A stretch of 64,000 nucleotides of DNA. It comes from a virus. Location of the stretch: the IMG/VR virus record IMGVR_UViG_3300045988_014525. The stretch is one strand, 5' to 3'. The notes under the pieces were generated by a model. The model was not told where the DNA came from. It did not search any database and was given only the letters and a program-made list of their open reading frames with translations. The translations under genes and the position numbers were made by a program. This document shows positions 8,889 through 18,905 of this stretch, in pieces; positions within the stretch are counted from its first letter, which is position 1; every line of letters starts with the position of its first letter.

Positions 8889-10061
8889 TTATAATTGAAC
8901 CTTGATTTCCAAACCTTTACGGAACTGAGCATTCTCTGGATTATTGAAATAAGCAATTGCTTCTTTCATGTTAGAACCAATAAATGCTGCTTCGGGAGTA
9001 AGTATTGTCTGATTAACATCAGAACGAACAAGTTCACCTTTAGCAATAAGTTCTTCAATAAGAGCTTGGGTAGTAAGGTTATTGTTGTTAAACATTTTGT
9101 TAAATTTCTCCGGTTCACGAATAGCGTAATCATCAAGCATCTTTTCTTTAACGCTTTCATCAAGATTAAGACTTGTGATAACATCTGTTCCAGTAGAAGC
9201 ACAATAACAAACAAACATTGCTTTGAACTTTTCTGCGTCATCGAGAAGATCGAGATAATTTCTACGAGCTTTATTAGATTGAATACGAAGACGTTTAGCT
9301 CTATTCTGTTCTCTCTGTTCATCACGAATATAGAAACGAACACGAGGATTAAAATGAATAACCTGTGTATCCTTTGCTACATCGGGATAGAACAAACAGT
9401 GACGAAAGGCAATGTAGTGTTCAATGTTATCGGGACGTCCATATTGATAACGAGTAGACTCTAAAGCATTAAGTTCAATAACATAGTTATTGATAGCTTC
9501 TTTCAGCAACTTAGCAGTAGACTTATCAGCATTTTCATATGCTTCAATAATAGTCTGTTCTTTAATTGCGTATTTCAGATAATCTTCTTTTCTTCTCCAA
9601 CGAAAATCACAATTAAATTCATAACCGTCCATAGGAACTGGAATAGAGATATTCTGAAACCAACGAGAAACTCGTTCTTGGAATTTAGTATCGTTAGCGG
9701 AGCAACCAACAATAGCAGGCATGTAAGCAGCCATTTCTTCTGCATTACTAGCAAGCATTCTAGCCGAATTGATACTTCCACCGATACTATCATGACGATC
9801 TTGAATATATTGTCTGTTGATTTGTCTATAAACAGAACCAACTGTAATATCGGCAGTAAGACCAATTTTAATCTTTCTTACTTCTTTGAATTCTTTATCT
9901 AAACCATCTTTCTCTTTAAGAGCTTCTGTATAGGTTTCTTTCAAAGTCTTTTCCTTATCGGATTTAGTAGGAGCTTTGGGAACAGGATTAGTAACGGCAG
10001 TATTAACACCGTTACTAGCAATACCTGCTATATTGATCCCTTTTTCTATTTTTCCTTCCAT
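8889..10061 (-). CDS. Hypothetical head-module protein (390 aa)
   Basis: ORF track; ATG verified. Immediately downstream of the MCP candidate. Confidence 0.6.
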   Translation of the reverse strand: MEGKIEKGINIAGIASNGVNTAVTNPVPKAPTKSDKEKTLKETYTEALKEKDGLDKEFKEVRKIKIGLTADITVGSVYRQINRQYIQDRHDSIGGSINSARMLASNAEEMAAYMPAIVGCSANDTKFQERVSRWFQNISIPVPMDGYEFNCDFRWRRKEDYLKYAIKEQTIIEAYENADKSTAKLLKEAINNYVIELNALESTRYQYGRPDNIEHYIAFRHCLFYPDVAKDTQVIHFNPRVRFYIRDEQREQNRAKRLRIQSNKARRNYLDLLDDAEKFKAMFVCYCASTGTDVITSLNLDESVKEKMLDDYAIREPEKFNKMFNNNNLTTQALIEELIAKGELVRSDVNQTILTPEAAFIGSNMKEAIAYFNNPENAQFRKGLEIKVQL

Positions 10062-10080
10062 TATAATATAAGTTTAAATG

Positions 10081-11553
10081 TTACAATGAGCAACGAAGAA
10101 TAAACATCTTCTCAGCACGGTTAACTTGCAGACCACGAGACATCTTAACTTCGTAAGTAGATTTATCAATCTCAGTAGCAATTGCTCTATCTGGAACAGC
10201 ACCCCAAGACGGAGGAATCGGAGTAAGACCTTTAAGAACACCTACAAGATAAGACTGACCTTTCATACGAACCATACGGATATTACGTTCTCCATTGTAA
10301 GTAGAATTGTCAATGAACATCAACTGATGTGAACACATTGGCAAACCAGTACGAGGATGAATATTACCGTTAGCACGGTCAAGTTCTGCAATCGGAGACT
10401 TATCCAAGAAAGGAAGATGAACAGCAGTAATAGTATGTCCGTCAATAGTTTTATATTTACGGAAGTATTTACCATAAGTAAGACCTCCGCCTTCTTCACC
10501 GATCATCTTATCTCCAAGCGGAGTAATGAATCCTTCTGATTTAGCTTCGCCTCTCATTGATTCATCGAAATCTTCAAGACCTCCGCGACCTGCAAACAAA
10601 GTAATTTGCATAGCACCTGTATCAGTATCTTTGTCGAGAACGTCACCAACAGTACGTTTCAACTTAGATAACGGCAAGTATTCGCCATAAGTATCATAGT
10701 TAGATTCTTCGAGGATTTCAAACATACCAGCAGTTTCGGGAATCGGCTGATCATTATCCCAGTCTTTCATATCAATAGTACCGTTAGGAGTACGATTGTA
10801 TTTAGATGTCCAAATATCAATCTCATTAGAGATACGCATCTGTACATCGAACTGTCTCATCTCTTCGTTAATCCAACGAGTATCAGTTCCACCACCACGA
10901 GTTTTAAAGGCATAGTTAACAATAACATTACTAATGTTACCAGCAATTTCTTTAGTATAACGTTTGAAACCAAGTTGAGACTTCATCATACCCGGCCCCA
11001 TAACATTACTCTTATTACCTTTAGAATAAGATTCCGGAATACTTGGAGACAACATACACCAGTACTTACCTTTCTCGAAGTTCTCTGGATCTACATAAGC
11101 TGACTTATCGGGATTCTTAATACGAAGAGCATACTTATGTCCACCATGAGTTCCAGGACCTAGATCACGCATAATACGAACAGTTGTTCCATCAGGTGAC
11201 ATAAGACCGAACTGTTCAATGAATAGACCAGTAGCAAATTCAACTTCAATAGTTTTACCACCAATACCCGGAGTAGTATCTGCCATATTAAACCAAACAA
11301 CATAGTCATTAGTTTTCATACGACCCATAGTCTTCCAAGTCCATTCAACAGTAGAAATATCACGAACACCAGCAGCTCCTTGACCTTCTGTTAAGAAAGT
11401 AAGAGGAAAACGATCATCATCCATACCATAAGTATAGGTAAGGAAGTTATTTATTTCCTCTGGCTTTTGAAGCATTAATGCAGCTAGAGATTGCTCATTA
11501 GAGTAACCTCTATCATCATATCTACCTCTTTCGACTTCTCTTAGTTTATACAT
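10081..11553 (-). CDS. Major capsid protein candidate (490 aa)
   Basis: The call rests on synteny (TerL - portal - scaffold-like - this gene) and on a size typical of crAss-like HK97-fold MCPs. No motif could be verified by eye. Confidence 0.55.
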   Translation of the reverse strand: MYKLREVERGRYDDRGYSNEQSLAALMLQKPEEINNFLTYTYGMDDDRFPLTFLTEGQGAAGVRDISTVEWTWKTMGRMKTNDYVVWFNMADTTPGIGGKTIEVEFATGLFIEQFGLMSPDGTTVRIMRDLGPGTHGGHKYALRIKNPDKSAYVDPENFEKGKYWCMLSPSIPESYSKGNKSNVMGPGMMKSQLGFKRYTKEIAGNISNVIVNYAFKTRGGGTDTRWINEEMRQFDVQMRISNEIDIWTSKYNRTPNGTIDMKDWDNDQPIPETAGMFEILEESNYDTYGEYLPLSKLKRTVGDVLDKDTDTGAMQITLFAGRGGLEDFDESMRGEAKSEGFITPLGDKMIGEEGGGLTYGKYFRKYKTIDGHTITAVHLPFLDKSPIAELDRANGNIHPRTGLPMCSHQLMFIDNSTYNGERNIRMVRMKGQSYLVGVLKGLTPIPPSWGAVPDRAIATEIDKSTYEVKMSRGLQVNRAEKMFILRCSL

Positions 11554-11580
11554 ATCAATTTAATTTAGTTAGTTAACTCG

Positions 11581-12846
11581 TTAAGACAATATTAAATCAT
11601 TGTTATCAACGGGCTTATTACCTTTGTTTCCACTATTCAGAACTAACGTCTTGCGAGTAGCAGCTTGTTGGGCTTGAGTTCTAAGTTTAACAACCTTTTC
11701 TTTATTAACAGCCATATTAACAAGACTAGAATAGTTACCACCTGTAAATCTAAGATACGCTCTAAGTAAATCATCCTGCATACGAGAATTACTATCTACT
11801 TTAGCTTCATCTAACATATAAGCAGTATTTCCTTCATCATCAACAACTTTAGTAAGATACTTCTGAAAATCTGCACGAGTAGCAACAGTAGTCTTACCAT
11901 CAAAAGTACGTTGAATAGTTTCGGGAATCTTATAACCTAGAATTTCACCTTTAGCAATAGTTTCATCTACAGATTTCCAATAAGCATCAATTGCAGCTCT
12001 TTCTTCTGCTTCGGCAGCTTCGCGTTTAGCAGTTTGTTCAGCACGACGATCATTGTAAATCTCAGCAACAGTTTTATTTGATTCAACAGCAGTATCATAA
12101 AGAATACCGGAAGCTTTCAGATAGTCAATATAAGAATTAACGTTTCCTTTCTTTCCTTCGAGTGCCCATTCTTCTTTGATAACAGCAATCTGTTGTTCTT
12201 CATTATCTTTGTCAATAACAACATCTGATCTATCTGGAATTTCATTAAATCCTTCAATAGAACCATTTAGTTTCAAATGAGAATAAGCCTGTTCAAGAAC
12301 AGGATATTGTTTAAACAGATTGTTAATAGCAACTTCTTCACGTTCTTGCATACGAGCTTGAAGTACAGTATTAATATAACTATTAATACCTTCAACAGAA
12401 TCTTCGAATACAATTTGATTACCATTTTCATCTTTGAAATCAGCACCAAAACGTTCTTGCAAAACACTAAGAACAGAAGGCTCTTCTGTTGTATTAGCAG
12501 CAATAAGTGCTTGAAGTTCTTCTGATGTTTTAACGATAGTACCATTAGCATCTACTGCATTGCCTTGTGCATCAACAGTACAAGGAATATCATCAATAGT
12601 AACTTGATCGCCTTCAGCTACTGTTACATTTTGATTATTATTAGCAGTATTGTTATCTGTTTGAGTAGTTGTATCTTCCCCCGTAGAGGGACTTTGCTGA
12701 TTGTTTCCTTCGTTACTACCTTTGTCTTCCGGAGCAGGAGGATTAGTAATAGTAGTAGTATCAGAACCATTATCAACAGTAGTATCAGCAGTACCATTAT
12801 CAATACTGTCAATACTTAAATCAAGTTCTTCATTAATAACTCCCAT
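11581..12846 (-). CDS. Scaffold-like protein (acidic low-complexity N-terminus, helical C-terminus; 421 aa)
   Basis: ORF track; ATG verified. Lies between the portal and the MCP candidate. Has a T/N/D/E-rich N-terminus and an Ala/Glu-rich helical stretch (REAAEAEERAAIDAY). Confidence 0.45.
   Translation of the reverse strand: MGVINEELDLSIDSIDNGTADTTVDNGSDTTTITNPPAPEDKGSNEGNNQQSPSTGEDTTTQTDNNTANNNQNVTVAEGDQVTIDDIPCTVDAQGNAVDANGTIVKTSEELQALIAANTTEEPSVLSVLQERFGADFKDENGNQIVFEDSVEGINSYINTVLQARMQEREEVAINNLFKQYPVLEQAYSHLKLNGSIEGFNEIPDRSDVVIDKDNEEQQIAVIKEEWALEGKKGNVNSYIDYLKASGILYDTAVESNKTVAEIYNDRRAEQTAKREAAEAEERAAIDAYWKSVDETIAKGEILGYKIPETIQRTFDGKTTVATRADFQKYLTKVVDDEGNTAYMLDEAKVDSNSRMQDDLLRAYLRFTGGNYSSLVNMAVNKEKVVKLRTQAQQAATRKTLVLNSGNKGNKPVDNNDLILS
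12675..12690 (+). repeat. GC motif copy
   Basis: cttcccccgtagaggg. The gene reads PSTGED. Confidence 0.8.
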
Positions 12847-12879
12847 ATAAATATGTTTTTGGTTAATATTACTTTGTCA

Positions 12880-12887
12880 CAAATATA
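12880..12887 (-). promoter_or_regulatory. Bacteroidota-type -7 promoter box (TAnnTTTG)
   Basis: Minus strand reads TATATTTG, 34-41 nt upstream of the ATG at 12846. Confidence 0.45.
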
Positions 12888-13141
12888 TTCCATTAGGTTC
12901 AAACATTCAAGTTTCAATTGCTTAAATACCTCGTACAGCAGTAACAGATGGCGAGATTTACGAGATTAAGAGTAATAGAGTCACTAGTATTATCAGACGA
13001 TTTGAACGCTGCATACGTCCTTAAAATGAGCCATTTTAAGCCTCGTAGTGACACGTTAACACGAAATAATACAGTTGTTCATCTAGGTATATAAAATTCA
13101 ACTGTGAAGCTCTAAGTACTGTCTACGTGCATGTTGCATCC

Positions 13142-13176
13142 ATAAAAATACCCCCGATAATCGAATATCGAGGGTA
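13142..13176 (-). terminator. Rho-independent terminator after the portal gene
   Basis: Minus strand reads TACCCTCGATA-ttcgat-TATCGGGGGTA followed by TTTTTAT. The stem pairs 10 of 11 positions. Confidence 0.6.
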
Positions 13177-13235
13177 ACGCTTTCTCATAGAGACGAACTT
13201 AACTAACAAAACAAACACCAATTTAAACAGCACAA

Positions 13236-15686
13236 CTACTTCTTTTTAGTAGAACTAGACTTAGGTCTATCATATCTATTCTTATTCTCTTTAGCAATAG
13301 CTAGATCATTCTGTCTATCAAGAGCGTGATCAATAAAATCAAGATTCTTAGCTCTACGAGTTTCAGCAAGTTCTTGTTCTTTAAGAGATAACTCTCTCTG
13401 TTTCTCTACGGGGGAAGTTCCAGCTTGACTTGAATTACCAATACTAGCCATAGCTGCTTCAACATCCATACCTTTAGCTTGAAGAGCAAAGTATTGTTTA
13501 ACTTCCTCAGTAAGTCTATCTTGTTCTCCTTTAGCAGCTATAAGTTCAAGAGCTTCTCTATGTTTCTGTTCTTCTAATTGTTGGTCTAGTTGACGAAGAG
13601 ATTCTTCGTTCTTCTGACGAAGTTCTTGATAACGTTCAACAGCTATCTTAAGAGCAGGAACATTACCAGAAGTAATAGCAGCAAGAGCCATATCTAAATC
13701 TCCATTCTGAGCAGCACTGAAAGCCCAGTTCTTTAATTGCTCATAATTCTCAGTTTCTTTATCAGAATTCTTAGCTTTAATAAGATATTGACCATAAGAA
13801 TGAGCATTAACATTAAGAGAGATGTATTTACGATTACGAGACTTATCAAAATAAGCAGTATCTAAACCATCAATCCAAGCATACTTAGAATTGTTCAAAT
13901 CAATATCATATTCATCTTCACGGAACTTATCAAACATATAGTTAATAATAACTGTTCCCATAGAGCCACGAGAAATAGCTTCTTCTGTTGTAGACTTACC
14001 TGCACTAGTAGCAATTTGTCCATAACGTTGAGGAGTCATATCAACCATCTCACGAGCACTATTCTTAATAGATTCAATAAGATTAGTCATTTCAGTTATA
14101 TAGCCACTAATATTTGCATCGAGCATACGAATTTGTTGAGCTTTCAAACTATTCATATCTTCGCTATCATCGTAAGCAAGAATACCTTCGGCAGCAAGAT
14201 TATAAATAATTCTATCAGTTTCTTCACCAGCACCAAGAAGAGACTTACCAATAAGAAGAGCAAACATCTTATTTTTAGCAATCATCATCTCTCTATGATA
14301 AGAGAAGATATTAATAAGAATTTGGAAAGGAGTAAGTATTTCAACAACACTAAACTTACCCATCATAGGAATTGGTTCAACAAGACCAGTATAAGGAAGT
14401 TTAGGATCATCGTCATTTTGGAATACAACAGGTTTAGCACCACCGGGATAAATACCATATTGTTTCATTCCAATTCGATAACCTTCATAGATTTGTTTCT
14501 TATAGATAGTTTCAATATTAATATGTCCAAGTTCAGTATTGAATTCAAAGTCATCTGGAACAATCATTTGATCTTCAAATCCAATCTCATTAATATAATG
14601 AAGAACTTTAACTTCTGCATAACCTACCCAACAAGCATGCCAAACTTCTAGAAGATCACCATTCTGTTCACGAACATCAACATTACCAGCAGTAAATAAA
14701 GCTCTATCTTCTTCATCTAGTTCTTTACACTTTTCTGGAAAGAAATAAGTATAAGAATTAAGATTAAACGTTTTGCTAGGAACACCAGTACCATTAACAG
14801 GATTATAATAATTAGTAATAAATTCAAGTTCTGTTTCAGTAAGATCATCTTTGAATTGATCTATTACTTGAGAATAAGACATTTGCAATCTTCTAGCAAC
14901 CATGTCATAACCTGATACAAAGATAGCTCCATTAGGAACAGGAAACATTTCAGTAGTAGGAACTGTTTCTTTAATTACTTTCTTTCCTTTAACAGTATGA
15001 TAACTATAACATTCTCCCGTTGTTATAAAATTGAAATAAGCAATAGGAGCTTGAACATCTGTATTAGTAGTATCATCGATTACATCAATAAGTTGTTGAG
15101 CTTGAACACTAATCTCATCAATATAGTTTTCGATAAACTCTTTCTCAAACTGTTCAGCATCGGCAGCAAGTTCTTGCGGATTGATTTGTTGAGTAGGTTG
15201 ACCTTGAGCAGCAAGTTCTTCATTCTGAGCATTAGCTTCTTGAACTCGTCTTTGAAACTCTTCTTGAAATGCTAAAAGTGCTCGTTTAGTAATATCATTC
15301 TTAATCGCATTATCACGTGCCATAATGATATCGGGATTATTAGCTGTAACTAAGAACTCATGTTGTTCTTTAGTGTACTCAGAAATATATCTACGAACAA
15401 TATCATTAATGATATCAAGATTTCGCATAGTAGCAGGAAAACGAGTATAGATTTCCTTTGTAGCATTAAAAGGATTAAGAGTTTTACGATAGAACTCGTT
15501 AGGAATATTATTATGTAAAATCTCTAATAACTGCTCAGTCTTAGTTCTATCATTAGCACTAAGTCCGGCAGCTATAACATAATCAATACAACGAGAACCC
15601 CAAGTATAATCCTTTTGAGAATTGGGAATCCTTTGTTCGGGGAAATCTCCAACTCGACTATTAATTTTGAGATTGACAGTACTCAT
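13236..15686 (-). CDS. Portal protein candidate (816 aa)
   Basis: Large ORF directly downstream of the TerL candidate. The size and the basic C-terminal tail (KSSSTKKK) fit crAss-like portals. Called from synteny only. Confidence 0.6.
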   Translation of the reverse strand: MSTVNLKINSRVGDFPEQRIPNSQKDYTWGSRCIDYVIAAGLSANDRTKTEQLLEILHNNIPNEFYRKTLNPFNATKEIYTRFPATMRNLDIINDIVRRYISEYTKEQHEFLVTANNPDIIMARDNAIKNDITKRALLAFQEEFQRRVQEANAQNEELAAQGQPTQQINPQELAADAEQFEKEFIENYIDEISVQAQQLIDVIDDTTNTDVQAPIAYFNFITTGECYSYHTVKGKKVIKETVPTTEMFPVPNGAIFVSGYDMVARRLQMSYSQVIDQFKDDLTETELEFITNYYNPVNGTGVPSKTFNLNSYTYFFPEKCKELDEEDRALFTAGNVDVREQNGDLLEVWHACWVGYAEVKVLHYINEIGFEDQMIVPDDFEFNTELGHINIETIYKKQIYEGYRIGMKQYGIYPGGAKPVVFQNDDDPKLPYTGLVEPIPMMGKFSVVEILTPFQILINIFSYHREMMIAKNKMFALLIGKSLLGAGEETDRIIYNLAAEGILAYDDSEDMNSLKAQQIRMLDANISGYITEMTNLIESIKNSAREMVDMTPQRYGQIATSAGKSTTEEAISRGSMGTVIINYMFDKFREDEYDIDLNNSKYAWIDGLDTAYFDKSRNRKYISLNVNAHSYGQYLIKAKNSDKETENYEQLKNWAFSAAQNGDLDMALAAITSGNVPALKIAVERYQELRQKNEESLRQLDQQLEEQKHREALELIAAKGEQDRLTEEVKQYFALQAKGMDVEAAMASIGNSSQAGTSPVEKQRELSLKEQELAETRRAKNLDFIDHALDRQNDLAIAKENKNRYDRPKSSSTKKK
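13404..13417 (-). repeat. GC motif copy
   Basis: ctctacgggggaag. The gene reads TSPVEK. Confidence 0.8.
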
Positions 15687-15922
15687 ACAAATATAAGTTT
15701 TATGATTAGTATTACAACTACTAGAATCACATTGCCTATGATTCCGCCAAGCAATGTAGCAATAATATCTAATATATCAAACTTTCCACCATATAATTTG
15801 TCTTTGTATTCCATACCAACAGCAACACCTAACGTGAATATTATAGTTAGAAAACCTGTTAGTATTCCGTATTTAAAATGTAGCATACGGTTACTTACTT
15901 TCATCCAATTAAACATGAGCAT
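15683..15922 (-). CDS. Small membrane protein (79 aa, 2-3 hydrophobic segments)
   Basis: ORF track; ATG verified. Its stop overlaps the portal start (ATGA). Confidence 0.5.
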   Translation of the reverse strand: MLMFNWMKVSNRMLHFKYGILTGFLTIIFTLGVAVGMEYKDKLYGGKFDILDIIATLLGGIIGNVILVVVILIIKLIFV

Positions 15923-15936
15923 TAATTTTAATAGTT

Positions 15937-18234
15937 TTAATATCTAGGTCTAGTCCAAAAGTTTTCCTCTTGAGTGTCGACCTTTTTACGATGTTTCATT
16001 TCATTCTCAGCAAACTTATCATTAGCAGCCCATTCAATACCACGAACAATCATTTCAGATACACGGTCAAAGTTACCTGTTTCATTCCACTTCTTTAATT
16101 CAAGAACAGAAGGATGATCATATATAGTATGAAGAACTAATAGTTCTCGTCCGTCTGGACGTTTACCAACAACAGTATAAAGCATTTCTTTAAGCATTCG
16201 TAGACCGTCAAGTTTAACTTGATTATTACCTACATTATATCCAATAGTAGTACTAATCTTATTCTTAATAGAAGTATCCCATAACCAAACTGGATGACAA
16301 CCTAAATAACGAAGAGCTTTCCACTTCTTAAAGTTACTAATAGTTTCACCTCGATTGGTTTCAACATTAGTAGTTCCAATACAATTATACATACGAGCTA
16401 AATTATAACAAATTCTATCAGCTTCTTCAAGAGTATTAGGACGACCATAATAAGTAGCACAAAGTTTAGTTTTATAACCATTATAAATACAAGGATTCAT
16501 CCAAACTTTAATACTATTATGAGAGTGTTTATTAGTAATTTCGCCTTTGTCTTTATCAATACCAACAGGGTCATAACTTATACTATAAATTCCGGGAGGA
16601 CAACCTTTGATCGGAGTGTTACTTTTCTTATCAGTATAAACAACACTAATAGGTCTAAAGAATATACGAATACAACCATGTGGATCTTCGTTACTATGAC
16701 GAGGAACGTTTTTAATATAATCAAAATAATCATGATTAAACTTAGCTCCTTCACGAGTAGCAATACGAGCATTAGACATAAACTCAAACTTCTCGTTATC
16801 ATATTCAACAAACGAACCATCAGTATAGAATTTATAGTCATTGCTAATACGAAGTTCTTGTTCCCATTCATCAAGTATTTCACTACTGAATATATTCTCA
16901 GTAACAGAACTAAAAGATTCAGCAGGCATATTAGCATATTGACCACAATAACTAATATACTTAGAGAATGATTTAGAATTCTTCTTCTCAGCAGCACGTT
17001 CTTCTTCTGCAATCTTAAATCCAAGAGCTACATCGGAATTACCGTCTTTATCAAGAGAAGTAAGATTAGCAATAGAAGAATCTTCACTAATCTTATAACC
17101 TTCAAGACCCCAACAATAAGGTTTAAAATAACCACAAACAGAATCTCTACTATCTTTATCCCAAACATTTTCAAAAGGCATGAACGAACCAGATCGAGGA
17201 TCATAGAAGTTTTGCTCGAATACAGCCCAACCTTTATTAGCTTTACCAGCAGTTCCCCAAGCATTTAAGAAACCAGTAAGTACAGAACCTGTTTTAAGTG
17301 TCGGAGTAGTAACGTCCATAAAGTCATCGAAATTCTCGAACTCAGACATTTCCTCACATTTAATCTCTCCGGCATCTTTACCAACAGCAGCAGATGGATT
17401 ATTATTAGTTGATACTGATATACAAGCACTGTTCCAACTACTAGTATCTACAACTCCTGTACTCTGATCTTTAAAACCTAGAATAAAATCACTTGAATCA
17501 ATCTTAGCAATACCTCTAGCAAAAGGAGTATGACTTTCATAAAAGATAATCTGTTTCTTCATAAAGTCAGATAGACCACCAGATTGAATCAAGAACTTAT
17601 TATCGGCAGCCGCATGAATAACAGAACGATTAGGAACTAGATTTATATAATTAGCAGAACCGATAGCTTCCATATAACTAAAACCACCACGACGAGTTTT
17701 ATCATTAATAAGAAAGAAACCATTGTCTTTACAAAACTGTTTAATAATGAAATACCACCATTGACAGTCAATAAAACGAGGAAAGCCTAGAATCTTCTTA
17801 CCAGTAACTTTACCTTTCTCTATTCTAAGAGTTTTAGTATCTAGTTTAAGGATACGTCCATAGTTAATAAAATTATAATGCTCGCCTGTAATATATAAAT
17901 CTTCAACTTCACCAGTTTCGGTATTTAATTTACAAGGAGCTTTATAACCTACCATTCTACGAATAGTTTCCTGCTTACGAAAGTTAATATGAGGAATACT
18001 ATCTTCATTAAATAGTGTGTACTTTCCTCCATTCTTTTCAAACTCATTAGCAGCAGGAGTAAGCAAATGAGTATTAACGAATCTATACTTTGGATTAATA
18101 TTAAGAAGAAATCCTCCCGATTCACCTATAAGGAATGAATCGGTAGGATCATGATAACCATTATCTTTAGCATGTGGATAATGAGATTTATCTTCATTTA
18201 TATAATTCCAAAATGGATACTCGCGTAATTCCAT
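15937..18234 (-). CDS. terL: Terminase large subunit candidate (765 aa)
   Basis: Sits upstream of the portal. DKTRRGGFS resembles the R-x-x-G-K-[ST]-type terminase P-loop. YSISYDPVGIDKD resembles the first acidic strand of the RNaseH-like nuclease domain. Confidence 0.6.
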   Translation of the reverse strand: MELREYPFWNYINEDKSHYPHAKDNGYHDPTDSFLIGESGGFLLNINPKYRFVNTHLLTPAANEFEKNGGKYTLFNEDSIPHINFRKQETIRRMVGYKAPCKLNTETGEVEDLYITGEHYNFINYGRILKLDTKTLRIEKGKVTGKKILGFPRFIDCQWWYFIIKQFCKDNGFFLINDKTRRGGFSYMEAIGSANYINLVPNRSVIHAAADNKFLIQSGGLSDFMKKQIIFYESHTPFARGIAKIDSSDFILGFKDQSTGVVDTSSWNSACISVSTNNNPSAAVGKDAGEIKCEEMSEFENFDDFMDVTTPTLKTGSVLTGFLNAWGTAGKANKGWAVFEQNFYDPRSGSFMPFENVWDKDSRDSVCGYFKPYCWGLEGYKISEDSSIANLTSLDKDGNSDVALGFKIAEEERAAEKKNSKSFSKYISYCGQYANMPAESFSSVTENIFSSEILDEWEQELRISNDYKFYTDGSFVEYDNEKFEFMSNARIATREGAKFNHDYFDYIKNVPRHSNEDPHGCIRIFFRPISVVYTDKKSNTPIKGCPPGIYSISYDPVGIDKDKGEITNKHSHNSIKVWMNPCIYNGYKTKLCATYYGRPNTLEEADRICYNLARMYNCIGTTNVETNRGETISNFKKWKALRYLGCHPVWLWDTSIKNKISTTIGYNVGNNQVKLDGLRMLKEMLYTVVGKRPDGRELLVLHTIYDHPSVLELKKWNETGNFDRVSEMIVRGIEWAANDKFAENEMKHRKKVDTQEENFWTRPRY

Positions 18235-18241
18235 ATTTTAT

Positions 18242-18703
18242 TTATTTTATAAGCATTGCAGCAACAATAGTTATAATAGTTCCAAAACCAATAGCTACAT
18301 TACGTTGCTTTTTATATTTCTTAGATTTCTTTTGTTCATCATTAAGACTATCAATAGCATTATTAGCAACAGTAGATATTCTACGAATCTCAAACTTTTG
18401 TCTAGCTATAATACTATCAGCAAATATACAATCTTGAACTTTAAGTTTATAAGCAGCTTTAAAAGTTTCATATTGAGACCTATATTCATTAGATAGAATT
18501 AGCTTTGCATTAGCTATTTTAATAATATCTTTATTAAGACTTATTGAATCCACCCCCGTAAAGGAATGTGAAACTAGAGAATCTACTTCGTTCTCCATTC
18601 GCTTCAATCTATCTTCCAACTGGCTTTGAGCACAACTCAATGAACTTCCGAACAATAGCAATACTATCACTATCGACAACAGCTTTATGTAGTTCTTCTT
18701 CAT
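18242..18703 (-). CDS. Unimolecular-spanin-like protein (lipoprotein signal plus C-terminal TM; 153 aa)
   Basis: The internal ATG at 18703 gives MKKNYIKLLSIVIVLLLFGSSLSC|AQSQ (signal peptide with lipobox Cys). The C-terminus AIGFGTIITIVAAMLIK is a TM helix. Lies adjacent to the cell-wall enzyme gene. Confidence 0.45.
   Translation of the reverse strand: MKKNYIKLLSIVIVLLLFGSSLSCAQSQLEDRLKRMENEVDSLVSHSFTGVDSISLNKDIIKIANAKLILSNEYRSQYETFKAAYKLKVQDCIFADSIIARQKFEIRRISTVANNAIDSLNDEQKKSKKYKKQRNVAIGFGTIITIVAAMLIK
18550..18570 (+). repeat. GC motif copy (21-mer identical to 27867-27887)
   Basis: ccacccccgtaaaggaatgtg. The gene reads HSFTGVD. Confidence 0.9.
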
Positions 18704-18905
18704 TCTTTGTATTATTAGCATTATTAATAAAGATAGTATCAATAAGTTTAGTAATACTATCACGTTTGTTACTTTCAACGTAAACAGTGTCTACTTTGAT
18801 ATAAGGAATTTCTACACATTTCTTATCGTTATTTAATAATGTCCATAACCATACGGTTAGAACTAGCATTACTATAACTATCAATACTATCTTTAATGTC
18901 TTCAT
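18609..18905 (-). CDS. Small N-terminally membrane-anchored protein (holin or spanin candidate, 98 aa)
   Basis: ORF track; ATG verified. MKTLKIVLIVIVMLVLTVWLWTLL is a TM helix. The gene overlaps both of its neighbours. Confidence 0.45.
   Translation of the reverse strand: MKTLKIVLIVIVMLVLTVWLWTLLNNDKKCVEIPYIKVDTVYVESNKRDSITKLIDTIFINNANNTKNEEELHKAVVDSDSIAIVRKFIELCSKPVGR

Noticed and set aside
8895-9464. Numerous 60-190-aa ORFs opposite or out of frame within long genes (for example 3493..3981, 5165..5677, 8895..9464, 14016..14651, 16519..16971, 41620..42075, 46719..47177)
   Set aside because: These are shadow ORFs of an AT-rich genome. The products are Ile/Asn/Phe/Ser-rich, fully nested in better-supported genes, and would break the tight start/stop coupling of the real genes.
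12981-13060. tRNA-like impression (GTTCAAATC-type word and a stem-loop) on the minus strand
   Set aside because: I could not build an acceptor stem, D-arm or a 5-bp T-stem. The stem-loop is 8 bp with a 5-nt loop, not an anticodon arm. No tRNA is called, and tRNAscan-SE would settle it.
15630-15647. Weak GC-motif look-alikes CCTTTGTTCGGGGAAATC (15630) and TCCTTAGGGGAGAAAAG (33653)
   Set aside because: They lack the CCCCCGTA octamer and have several mismatches or indels. They are not counted as copies.
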